64,000 nucleotides of DNA from Erysipelotrichaceae bacterium (GTDB taxonomy: Bacteria; Bacillota_I; Bacilli_A; Erysipelotrichales; Erysipelotrichaceae): assembly GCA_030523555.1 (NCBI GenBank), contig JAUNIH010000002.1, forward strand, positions 7,938 to 71,937, given 5' to 3'. Below, piece by piece: positions 7,938 through 16,357 of the stretch; position 1 is the first letter of the stretch; each line of letters opens with the position of its first letter. The notes under the pieces were generated by a model that did no database searches, had not been told where the DNA came from, and was given only the letters and a program-made list of their open reading frames with translations. Both the position numbers and the translations under genes were made by a program.

Positions 7938-10508
7938 TTACTGAGGTGTTTCAGATGCTGGCGTTGTTGTATCACCGCCACCATTTGAGTTGGCGCTAGA
8001 ATCCGTACTCGGATCGGTTGTTCCACCGGAATCTCCACCGGATGTGCCGCCGGAATCACCGCCGCCAGTATTATCTCCGCCACTAGGATCGGTTGGTGTA
8101 TCTGGTTGAGTTGGTGTACTTGATTTTTCAGTCCAATGAGCATATACAGTTGTATCACCGCTTACTTCATTAGATGCTGTTACTTTATCACCACCACTTG
8201 CAGCAGTATACCATCCATCAAAGACATAAGTCTTACCATCAGACTCAACAGTCGTCTGTGATGGGTTAGAGAATGATACAGCACTATCACCTGTCTTGAC
8301 TGTAATGTTTCCTGGTACATTGACATTCATACCATTCGCATTGAATTTGATTGTCGAAGTACCTGCCTTAACAACGATCTTCAGTTTATCGCAGGCTTCA
8401 ATTGCAGTACCAGCCTTAGGTGTCTGTTCTACAACATCTCCTACCTTACCTTCAACATCAGTGTTGAAATCAATTGAATAAGGTATGTTGTATTTCTTAG
8501 CCCATGTAATAGCCTTAGAATAGCTGTGTTCGATAAAGTCTGGAACCTGCTTAGATTCATCAATCTGTGAAGGACCCATAACAGTAATTGTGCCACTTGG
8601 ATAATCAGATACCAGCTGACCATATCTTGTAGACTGAGCAGTAACCAGTCCTTCATAATCCTTGTTGTAATCGGATGATGATGAAGAAATGATATCAACA
8701 GACAGTTTAACACCATTCGCACTAGCCCAAGCCAGAGCTTCTGTCTGACTCATACCAATCAGATCAGCCCAATATGCTGGCATTGGATCAGGTTCATATA
8801 CATACTTGTTAGGATATTCCAGAGAATAGAAATCAGCCCTTACATATGGATCAAAGATTGAATATTCAAAGTTCTTATCCTGAGATACACTTGAATACTG
8901 CCCCATGACTTCTTTAATATGACCGATGGATTCATCATAGGAACCCTGATAAATCAGATATACCCATAATGGCAGTCTCATGGAGTAACTGTAGTACAGT
9001 ATTCCACCATAGCCAGTCATTCTTAAGGTATGGAAATCAACGAGATCAAAAGTATCCAGACCTGTATAGTTCTTGGTATTTAATAATAAGTTAAAGATAC
9101 TTGTAAGCTGGTTCAGGGTCAGGTCTGTTGACATATAGTCAGCCGCTTCTTCCATTGCATATAATGCCAACGATACATCACCAGCCTCAATAAACTTCTT
9201 GGCTATCGCTATAATTACTTCTTTCTGATGCTGCTGACGGTCAAAGTCACCATTCGGCATATGATGTCTTTCTCGACAGAACTGAAGTACCTGCTGACCA
9301 TCCGCAAGATAAGTACCGGCTTCTACATAGATACCATCCAATGTAAAGGTTACAGGGTTATTGATGACAATACCACCAATGGCATTGACTACCTGAACAA
9401 GTCCAAGGTAATCCATTTCCATATAGTAGTCCATCGTCAGACCTGTAAAGTCTTCAACAGTCTGAATGAAACAAGCTCTTGATGTAGATCTACCAGAGTT
9501 AATCTTATCGTATTCGCCACCATAACATGAGATAGGCACGAATGAGTCTCTGGCAATAGACATCATAGATACGGTATAGGTCTGAGGATTGATTGTTGCC
9601 ACAATAATCGCATCAGCCAGACCTACAGTAGAACCGATATCAGTTCTTGACCATCCAATCAGCAAGATATTAAACGGTTCAGTATTGATATTCTTCTGTA
9701 CCTTATTAGTATTTACTGCCAGTTCTCTTTCAAATGAGGCAATATCTACAAAGTCATCTAAATATCTTGTGAATGGCGAATTATCATCTGCTTCAATAAT
9801 TCCCTTATAACCGGAAGTAATCACAATTGCATCAACATCACCATCAATAAGTGCTGTCAGCATTTCGGTATTGCTCTTATAATCTACACGACCATAGTCA
9901 ATCTTTCGATCAGAAAGTTCCTGTTCAGCACAATAGGTAATACCATTAGATGTTTCTACTAACATACCAATCTTTTTGCCTGCAAGACTTTCGATAGTTG
10001 TAGGGTTATTTTTGGTTCCGTTATAACTTACAAAGACACCCTGGAAAGTTTCATGTGATGAATCAGTATTAAGAATACTGTTAACAACATGGTTTACTTT
10101 GTAGACATAGTATGAACCGAATGTTCCGCCAATCAGAATAAAGAAAGCCAGAACGCCTGATATGATCTTCAATACCATATCGCTGTGATTTAATCCGACA
10201 AAGTAAACAATATCTATTATCATCAGTATCAGTAAAACAATCGCAACAGCACTTCCGAATATTGAAGGATAAATTGCATAGTACTGATATGACCAGTAGA
10301 TAAGCAAAAGAACTGCAATATGCGCCAGAACCATTACAGAAGCTGTAATGATGGTTGTCAAAAGACTGCTATCAATTTTCTTAGCAGTTTTTTTCTTAAC
10401 ACGGCGCACTTTGGTTTCATTACTGTGCTGCTTCGTCTGTTGCTGTGTCTGTTGTGCCTGCGTCTGCTGTTGTGTCTGCTTTGGCACTTTCTTGAACATC
10501 TTTGACAT
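7938..10508 (-). CDS. LytR-CpsA-Psr (LCP) glycopolymer ligase, multidomain: Q-rich head, 4 TM, extra extracytoplasmic domain, LCP core, 2 PASTA-like repeats, Listeria-Bacteroides (Flg_new) repeat, G/S/D/T/P tail
   Basis: LCP motifs are ILLIGWSRTD...ADAIIVATINP...SIARDS and FCRERHHMPNGDFDRQQHQ. PASTA-like segments are DLIGMSQTEALAWASANGVKLSV... and VPDFIEHSYSKAITWAKKYNI...VEQTPKAGTAIEACDKLKIVV. The Flg_new-like segment is YVFDGWYTAASGGDKV...TTVYAHW. Confidence 0.85.
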   Translation of the reverse strand: MSKMFKKVPKQTQQQTQAQQTQQQTKQHSNETKVRRVKKKTAKKIDSSLLTTIITASVMVLAHIAVLLLIYWSYQYYAIYPSIFGSAVAIVLLILMIIDIVYFVGLNHSDMVLKIISGVLAFFILIGGTFGSYYVYKVNHVVNSILNTDSSHETFQGVFVSYNGTKNNPTTIESLAGKKIGMLVETSNGITYCAEQELSDRKIDYGRVDYKSNTEMLTALIDGDVDAIVITSGYKGIIEADDNSPFTRYLDDFVDIASFERELAVNTNKVQKNINTEPFNILLIGWSRTDIGSTVGLADAIIVATINPQTYTVSMMSIARDSFVPISCYGGEYDKINSGRSTSRACFIQTVEDFTGLTMDYYMEMDYLGLVQVVNAIGGIVINNPVTFTLDGIYVEAGTYLADGQQVLQFCRERHHMPNGDFDRQQHQKEVIIAIAKKFIEAGDVSLALYAMEEAADYMSTDLTLNQLTSIFNLLLNTKNYTGLDTFDLVDFHTLRMTGYGGILYYSYSMRLPLWVYLIYQGSYDESIGHIKEVMGQYSSVSQDKNFEYSIFDPYVRADFYSLEYPNKYVYEPDPMPAYWADLIGMSQTEALAWASANGVKLSVDIISSSSSDYNKDYEGLVTAQSTRYGQLVSDYPSGTITVMGPSQIDESKQVPDFIEHSYSKAITWAKKYNIPYSIDFNTDVEGKVGDVVEQTPKAGTAIEACDKLKIVVKAGTSTIKFNANGMNVNVPGNITVKTGDSAVSFSNPSQTTVESDGKTYVFDGWYTAASGGDKVTASNEVSGDTTVYAHWTEKSSTPTQPDTPTDPSGGDNTGGGDSGGTSGGDSGGTTDPSTDSSANSNGGGDTTTPASETPQ

Positions 10509-11301
10509 TTATCGTACTCTCGCTTGTATATATAATTTCAAATTTTCCTCTTTTGATAATCAGCATATTTATACTGGTTGGGAATTTTACATTGGATGGC
10601 TGATAACCTTCCTTATAGGTCCATGAACATGTAACATTATATAAATCATATGGTCTGTCTTCACGATAGTCATACCATTCATCTTCTACGCCTTCAACAG
10701 GAAGATAGGCAACGTGTTCACTTATCAGGAATGGGTTGGATTCCTTAACACACTTTGTAACCTGTACATCAGCTACTTCAATAAGGTTTTCTTTACCATA
10801 TAGATTCATATAATAATTGATGTACTTATAGAAACCATCTCTGGCAGCAAGGTAAGCATTACTCTTCTCATCGTTATGTGAATACCAATAGTACATACCA
10901 CCGATATCATACTGACCCGCCTTATTGGAGAATGTATAGAAATCTGCAACATAATTCTTCGCAACAAGTTCTACTGCAGCCAGGTCATCATATGTATCAG
11001 CTTCCAGAGTATTCTTTAATTCCGTAAAGATTTCCATCTGATAATCAGTTTCCGTATCTCTTAAGACATAGTCCATGGTCATGACCCTATGGTCATCAGT
11101 TACTACAGCTTCCTGAGAACTGTTTGCCAGATCCATTAATGCCTTTACTTCTTTATAGGCAGTAAAACCAAATATACCTATTACAATCAGTAAAGGAACA
11201 ATACACAGAAAAGTCAGAAGATATCTCTTCTTCTTATCTGCGAATGCTTCTTTTATTGTTGTAAAGATATTTTTCTTTTTCTTTTTAAGTTTTGTTTCCA
11301 T
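10420..11301 (-). CDS. Hypothetical membrane-anchored extracytoplasmic protein (N-terminal lysine-rich head, 1 TM, roughly 230-aa Tyr/Asp-rich ectodomain, T/A/D-rich tail)
   Basis: Long ORF in operon context. METKLKKKKKN...LLTFLCIVPLLIVIGIFGF is the TM segment. I recognise no family. No SD upstream. The 3' end overlaps the LCP start by 89 nt. Confidence 0.6.
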   Translation of the reverse strand: METKLKKKKKNIFTTIKEAFADKKKRYLLTFLCIVPLLIVIGIFGFTAYKEVKALMDLANSSQEAVVTDDHRVMTMDYVLRDTETDYQMEIFTELKNTLEADTYDDLAAVELVAKNYVADFYTFSNKAGQYDIGGMYYWYSHNDEKSNAYLAARDGFYKYINYYMNLYGKENLIEVADVQVTKCVKESNPFLISEHVAYLPVEGVEDEWYDYREDRPYDLYNVTCSWTYKEGYQPSNVKFPTSINMLIIKRGKFEIIYTSESTINVKDVQESAKADTTADAGTTDTATDEAAQ

Positions 11302-11358
11302 ATTTACTAAATAATTATATATTTTTTAATAAGTTTAAACAAATAAACAATATTTAAA

Positions 11359-12687
11359 CTATTCTTTAATTCCTTCAGTAGATTCTTTATTAAAGATTAT
11401 TTTTAAAGTTAACAGCAACAGTTTAATATCTTCAATAACACTGTAATTCTCTATGTAATACAAATCCAGCAATAACTTGTCTCTTAATGAAGTATTGTAC
11501 TTACCATAGATCTGAGCAAATCCGGTTAAACCGGCTTTTACAACCAGCCTATAGGTAAACTCGGGCATCTCCTTAGTGATTTCTGCATAAATCTCAGGTC
11601 TTTCAGGACGTGGTCCTACAAAGGACATATCACCATTCAGGATATTGATAAGCTGTGGCAGTTCATCAAAACGAGTTTTTCGAATAAACTTGCCTACTTT
11701 TGTAATACGGTCATCATTTTCTTTAGCCAAGACAACTCCCGTATTTTTTTCCGCATTCATAACCATAGAGCGGAACTTGATAATCTTAAATTCTTTTTTG
11801 TCTTTAGTCAATCTTATCTGCTTATAGAAGATATCTCCCCCATCTTCCATCTTGATGGCAATTGCGGTGCCTAACATTATAGGTGAAGTCAACACCAGTA
11901 ATACCAGTGAACCCAGTACATCAATAACACGCTTAACTGCCCTTTCAATCTGACTAGGACCAAACTTATTAATCTTTAATATTGGTGTATCTACCATATG
12001 TAAGATATCCGAACTGGCAAGTAACATATCTGTAATACTAGGTACATCATATACCAGCAGTTGTTTATCGTAACATGCCTTGAATATTCTTTTTTTGTTT
12101 TCATGATGTACATCAAGTGTTACCACGCCATCCGCATCACCAATAAATTCATCTAACTTATCATAATCAAGTTTATCTACAGGAATGGTTTTGATAATAC
12201 TGATAGAAAGATCTTTTACATTATTAAGCTTGCCAATCAGGCCATGATGTTCTTCACCATATATCGCTACTACTCTTACTGGCGGATATACGGCTCTGAT
12301 GTATCTGTTTTCAAACATCAACAGGAACGCCCCTAAGACAATCTGTGCAAGCACCATCAATAATACCGGTACAACCGAAATAATCTGAATGGTAAACAGA
12401 CACAGGATAAGCCATACAAAGGCTCCTGAGAATAAACAGGTCAATATAAATGATAAGAATAAATCAGTAGTAGTTGTTTCACCTAATTCAAATAAGTCAA
12501 ATAACTTACCACCTACCAAGAATAAAACGAGATAGATTAAGAAGAAAACAATATATCCTCTCATAAAGTAATAGAAAGAATCAGCATATCCTGCCATCAG
12601 TGTAAAAAGATATATCATTTCACAGATAAAGATATTAGTCGCACTGAATACAAGCTTCGCATTATCTTTCGTATTAAAGTTATTCAT
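11359..12687 (-). CDS. Large polyprenyl-phosphate phosphoglycosyltransferase (WbaP/CpsE-type priming sugar transferase)
   Basis: N-terminal TM bundle plus a central domain. The C-terminal Bac_transf motifs are FKIIKFRSM...DDRITKVGKFIRKTRFDELPQLINILNGDMSFVGPRPERP. Confidence 0.88.
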   Translation of the reverse strand: MNNFNTKDNAKLVFSATNIFICEMIYLFTLMAGYADSFYYFMRGYIVFFLIYLVLFLVGGKLFDLFELGETTTTDLFLSFILTCLFSGAFVWLILCLFTIQIISVVPVLLMVLAQIVLGAFLLMFENRYIRAVYPPVRVVAIYGEEHHGLIGKLNNVKDLSISIIKTIPVDKLDYDKLDEFIGDADGVVTLDVHHENKKRIFKACYDKQLLVYDVPSITDMLLASSDILHMVDTPILKINKFGPSQIERAVKRVIDVLGSLVLLVLTSPIMLGTAIAIKMEDGGDIFYKQIRLTKDKKEFKIIKFRSMVMNAEKNTGVVLAKENDDRITKVGKFIRKTRFDELPQLINILNGDMSFVGPRPERPEIYAEITKEMPEFTYRLVVKAGLTGFAQIYGKYNTSLRDKLLLDLYYIENYSVIEDIKLLLLTLKIIFNKESTEGIKE

Positions 12688-14119
12688 TGATACTCTCTTT
12701 CAATCCTGTTCTATACATCGCTATAAAGAAGATAAATAAAGTGACATATATACTATATTTATTCAACACAACACATAACATGGTCACACAAATATTGCCT
12801 AAAAGTACAAGTCTTATATTGTTTACTCTGATATCATCATCTTTCTTCTTAAAATATACCAGACCAACTGTTAACATAAACAGGTATATTAAAGTATTTA
12901 CAGCCAGCATCAGATAATACATAAAACCATTAACACTGCCATAAGCGTTAGCCATATTGATTGGATAATGTACACCGCTATAAAGAATATAAAATTTATG
13001 AACAATTATTTTTAATAATGTAACCGGATTTTTTAAAAGATACAAATAATGTTCTTTCAATACCTGTCCGGCAGAATACAATGTATTTTCATATGACAAT
13101 TCCAGATTATGCGTATTGCGATATGTATCAATCAGAATCTCGGGGTATGAATCTATCTGTTCCCCCAAGGATTCAGGGTTTGCTCCATGAATAAGAATAT
13201 AATAGGTATTTATCGTTGTCCTGTATTTGTCCATTTCGCTGCTTTCTCCACTTATTACATTTGATCCAATAAGTGAAAGCACCATAATGAAAACAATAAA
13301 TATTTTCTTAATCTTATCGGTATTTGCCAGAATAAGCGCCAGACCTAATATAACATACAGTATATATCCAGCGGGATTGACAAATGTGCACAAAATCACT
13401 GAGCAGATACATATTAGTGAATATAAAATATTCCAATATAAATTTCCATTTTTCAGTAAATGATTAAAGCCAAAAATAAATAAAGAAATATATAAGAAGA
13501 CAAATACTTCATGCGTTGGACACAATGTAAAAAGACTGGTCGAAGGCATCAGTACATAAATAAGTGCTACAAAAAAAGCTTTTTCTTTTCCTATAAGATC
13601 AGAAAAAGTAAACAAATTGATAATAACTGTCAGACATATCGCAATAAATAATCCAATAGTTGGTTCAATATGCAGAAATTTAAACAACGCTATATGAACT
13701 GCCATCCCATATAAATGAGAAATGGTACCATCAGGTTTTACACCATTTGCCAATGAGTCGGCAATACTGTAATAAATAGAAATATCACCATCAGAACTGG
13801 CATCAAAACCAAAAAACAAAGAATAAAATATTCTTAAAACAATCATCAGGACAACAATAATTAATACCATTGTTTTTTTATCCAATGATGATATTTTATC
13901 TAATGCTCTGTTTAAAACATCTTCAACCCTGTCTTTAAAGAAATAGACAATACCCGCATATGCCAATCCTACTGCTGCAAGCACTGCGTATTTAAGTACA
14001 CCTGTAAATGAACTGGAGAAAACGCAGATTGAGGATATAACCGCACAAATCAAAAAGACCTGTACAATAAATAATATTAATGTTTTAAACCCTTTATAGT
14101 AATTAAGATTAAAATTCAT
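12680..14119 (-). CDS. Polytopic membrane protein, GT-C-like or Wzy-like (function unresolved)
   Basis: More than 10 hydrophobic segments. An acidic first-loop motif FGFDASSDGDISIYY resembles GT-C enzymes. No SD; a hairpin abuts the ATG. Confidence 0.5.
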   Translation of the reverse strand: MNFNLNYYKGFKTLILFIVQVFLICAVISSICVFSSSFTGVLKYAVLAAVGLAYAGIVYFFKDRVEDVLNRALDKISSLDKKTMVLIIVVLMIVLRIFYSLFFGFDASSDGDISIYYSIADSLANGVKPDGTISHLYGMAVHIALFKFLHIEPTIGLFIAICLTVIINLFTFSDLIGKEKAFFVALIYVLMPSTSLFTLCPTHEVFVFLYISLFIFGFNHLLKNGNLYWNILYSLICICSVILCTFVNPAGYILYVILGLALILANTDKIKKIFIVFIMVLSLIGSNVISGESSEMDKYRTTINTYYILIHGANPESLGEQIDSYPEILIDTYRNTHNLELSYENTLYSAGQVLKEHYLYLLKNPVTLLKIIVHKFYILYSGVHYPINMANAYGSVNGFMYYLMLAVNTLIYLFMLTVGLVYFKKKDDDIRVNNIRLVLLGNICVTMLCVVLNKYSIYVTLFIFFIAMYRTGLKESINE

Positions 14120-14123
14120 AATA

Positions 14124-14148
14124 AAAGATGCAATAATATTGCATCTTT
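14124..14148 (-). terminator. 11-bp perfect hairpin (terminator or attenuator) between the AT3 gene and the next gene
   Basis: AAAGATGCAAT-aat-ATTGCATCTTT. On the minus strand it is followed by UAUU and then directly by the ATG at 14119. Confidence 0.5.
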
Positions 14149-14149
14149 A

Positions 14150-14158
14150 ATTTTAACA
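14150..14158 (-). promoter_or_regulatory. Candidate extended -10 element (TGTTAAAAT)
   Basis: Minus strand reads TGTTAAAAT immediately upstream of the hairpin. It is the same TGTTAWAAT word as at 43216-43224 and 55125-55144. No clear -35. Confidence 0.3.
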
Positions 14159-14198
14159 TATATGTAATTTTTAACGGAAATATCAGGAATGTTAAAGA

Positions 14199-15230
14199 TT
14201 ATTTATCTGTAACCAGTTTTTTCTTCAGAAAATCCTGAGCCGGTTTCATCACGAAATTGATTACCATTGAAGCTATTAGTGAGAATATAAAGGCGCCAAG
14301 CACTACAATAAGACCGTTTGTGAGACTAGGTTCAACAATATTAAGTTTTCTTCCTGCATATTCTATTCCTCTTACATGGAAGAGATAAATAAGATATGTA
14401 CAATAACCAATATAAGAAATAACTTTTCCCACTTTATCATTATTTATTTTTACAAACCTATTCCATATATACAGCAAACCGATACAGAAAAGCGTAAACA
14501 TAGGCTGAAGATCATTGACACCTTCAAAATATTTAAAGAATGTGAGTTTGCCGCTACCTCCAAGAACCGTTGCAAAATAGCCAAGAAGGCATAATATCGT
14601 CCACTTTACAGGACTCTCATTTACCAGTACATGTCTGAAAATATAGCCTGTCACATAATATAATGCCCAACCTTCCAAGAACCAGGCAGATACTCTAAAA
14701 TGTAATCCCATGTTTTCACAAAGGAAGTAATAACATGCATTAAATCCTAATCCCAGATACCAGAGAGTTTTCAGTTCCTTGTTGTCCATGGCGTGCAGCA
14801 TTTTTGATAAAAACGGCGTAGCCAGTAATAATCCAAAATAAGGATACATAAACCACATATGACCCTTTGCTGCCTCCCCCATTATCATATCGTAGTAATC
14901 ATACGCAACTCCCAAGAGATCAAAAGAACCATTTGCGTGCATATAATCCCAGATAACCCAGAACAGATTAAAGCCCAGGAATGGTAAAACCACATATATA
15001 AATCTGGTTTTATAAAAATCAATGATATCTTTGTTGGACTTGAAGTTCTTTTCCAGATTCAGATACCCACTTATCACAAAGAACAGCACATTGGCTGAGC
15101 CAATAATAGTAGGAAAATAAGTACCGATAAACTTGTTCAGATCACCAAAATAAGCCAAAGAATGAAGCATTATTACAAATATGCATAATACTATTCTTAG
15201 TAAATCCAGACCATAATCTCTTTTTTTCAT
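14199..15230 (-). CDS. Acyltransferase family 3 (AT3) membrane O-acyltransferase
   Basis: DYGLDLLRIVLCIFVIMLHS is an AT3-type N-terminus. 10 TM-like segments. AAGGGGTG SD. Confidence 0.85.
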   Translation of the reverse strand: MKKRDYGLDLLRIVLCIFVIMLHSLAYFGDLNKFIGTYFPTIIGSANVLFFVISGYLNLEKNFKSNKDIIDFYKTRFIYVVLPFLGFNLFWVIWDYMHANGSFDLLGVAYDYYDMIMGEAAKGHMWFMYPYFGLLLATPFLSKMLHAMDNKELKTLWYLGLGFNACYYFLCENMGLHFRVSAWFLEGWALYYVTGYIFRHVLVNESPVKWTILCLLGYFATVLGGSGKLTFFKYFEGVNDLQPMFTLFCIGLLYIWNRFVKINNDKVGKVISYIGYCTYLIYLFHVRGIEYAGRKLNIVEPSLTNGLIVVLGAFIFSLIASMVINFVMKPAQDFLKKKLVTDK

Positions 15231-15255
15231 AATTGCACCCCTTATAGACTATAGT

Positions 15256-15285
15256 AGTATATTAATTCAAAACAACACGTGTCAA
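15256..15285 (-). promoter_or_regulatory. Sigma-A-type promoter for the 15230-to-7938 transcription unit
   Basis: Minus strand has TTGACA (15285-15280), an 18-nt spacer, then TATACT (15261-15256), followed by the SD and ATG at 15230. Confidence 0.6.
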
Positions 15286-15310
15286 ATCAAGTAATAACAA
15301 CTTACTCTTT

Positions 15311-15352
15311 CAAAATACAAAAACACTGCCGGTCATATGTGACAACCGACAG
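15311..15352 (-). terminator. Rho-independent terminator after the metallophosphoesterase gene
   Basis: Minus strand has CUGUCGGU, an 11-nt loop and ACCGGCAG (8 bp, one G-U pair), then UGUUUUUGUAUUUUG. Confidence 0.75.
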
Positions 15353-15390
15353 CATCATTTCATAATATTTTCTTAAGTTACCCAGAAATA

Positions 15391-16350
15391 TCAGTTTCCG
15401 CCTCTTTCCTTTATTTCTGCATCGATATCATCAAGTTCCGCCAGGATGAACGGATCCCTTTCGTCAACATAAGGATAAAGAACTGTTTGGAATGTATGAT
15501 CCTTTTTCAGAATCATTACTCCGATATTTTCAATATTCTTACCGGTAGAAGTAAAACATACTTCTTCACCATTTTTATTAAGAACAGCCTCACCACTGTT
15601 TACTGTATGCGAATGTCCATCAATAACCGCATCAATACCTGTAGTATTGGCAATCATCTCAAATGAGGTATAAGGTTCAGATTTGGTCTCAATACCTAAA
15701 TGCGATAAGACAATAACGTAATCAACTTTCTTTCTTACCTGATCAACGGTCTTCTGCACCTGATCCCACAGGTCCTGACCATCGGTTCCCTGATAGAAAT
15801 CATATACTATTTCATCATTTTCACAAATCGCGTGATATGCAGGCTTGCCAGTTGTGAGAATATCGGGAGTCATAACCCCGATAAACGCAACCTTGGTATA
15901 ACCGTAACTCTTTATGACATATGGACTGTAACCCGTTAAAGCGGTGCCACTGCCTGTATATTTAATATTGCAGTCAACAATATCAAAGTTTGCCTGATCT
16001 ATCATCTGCTGCAGTTCACTTATACCATAGTCAAAATCCTGATTACCCAAAGCTACAACATCATAGCCACAGTCATTCATCAGCATAACCATATAGTGAC
16101 CGCAACGGACACTTCCATACTCAGTACCTTCCGAAAAGTCACCACAGTCTACCATACTTACATATGTATGTGAGTTTACATAAGAATCCTTAAAAGCCTT
16201 AACCCCCGCTAAGCCTATATTTTCCCCTCTGGCATTCGCATGAATATCATTTGTATAAATGATATAGATATCATGATCCTGTTCATGTGAACATCCAACA
16301 GCACCGTTTATCATTAATAATGTCAGTAATAATAATATAATTTTATTCAT
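15391..16350 (-). CDS. Lipoprotein metallophosphoesterase (5'-nucleotidase/UshA N-terminal domain type, lacking the C-terminal substrate domain)
   Basis: Lipobox LMINGAVGC. Motifs are TNDIHAN, GDFSEG, GNQDFDYG (Gln where GNHE/D has His), SHLG and DGHSHT. Confidence 0.8.
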   Translation of the reverse strand: MNKIILLLLTLLMINGAVGCSHEQDHDIYIIYTNDIHANARGENIGLAGVKAFKDSYVNSHTYVSMVDCGDFSEGTEYGSVRCGHYMVMLMNDCGYDVVALGNQDFDYGISELQQMIDQANFDIVDCNIKYTGSGTALTGYSPYVIKSYGYTKVAFIGVMTPDILTTGKPAYHAICENDEIVYDFYQGTDGQDLWDQVQKTVDQVRKKVDYVIVLSHLGIETKSEPYTSFEMIANTTGIDAVIDGHSHTVNSGEAVLNKNGEEVCFTSTGKNIENIGVMILKKDHTFQTVLYPYVDERDPFILAELDDIDAEIKERGGN

Positions 16351-16357
16351 TGTTCTC

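Noticed and set aside
7916-8158. 80-aa alternate-frame ORF, and the imperfect GGDSGG/GGTSGG tandem repeats in the LCP 3' end, considered as a separate gene or VNTR
   Set aside because: The ORF is an alternate frame of the low-complexity tail. The repeats are short and degenerate, with no clean unit, so slippage-based variation is not supported from a single sequence.
10348-10626. 92-aa plus-strand ORF with a striking Cys-rich run (CCFVCCCVCCACVCCCVCF)
   Set aside because: It is the antisense reading of the CAG/ACA-rich tract that encodes the Q-rich LCP head. It is an artefact of repeat composition.
11302-11358. TATAAT word 12 nt upstream of the SD-less ATG at 11301, considered as another promoter with a near-leaderless start
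   Set aside because: There is no TG extension and no -35. The spacing does not put the ATG at +1, and a -10-like hexamer in a 57-nt AT-rich spacer is expected by chance. It is noted only as context for the SD-less start.
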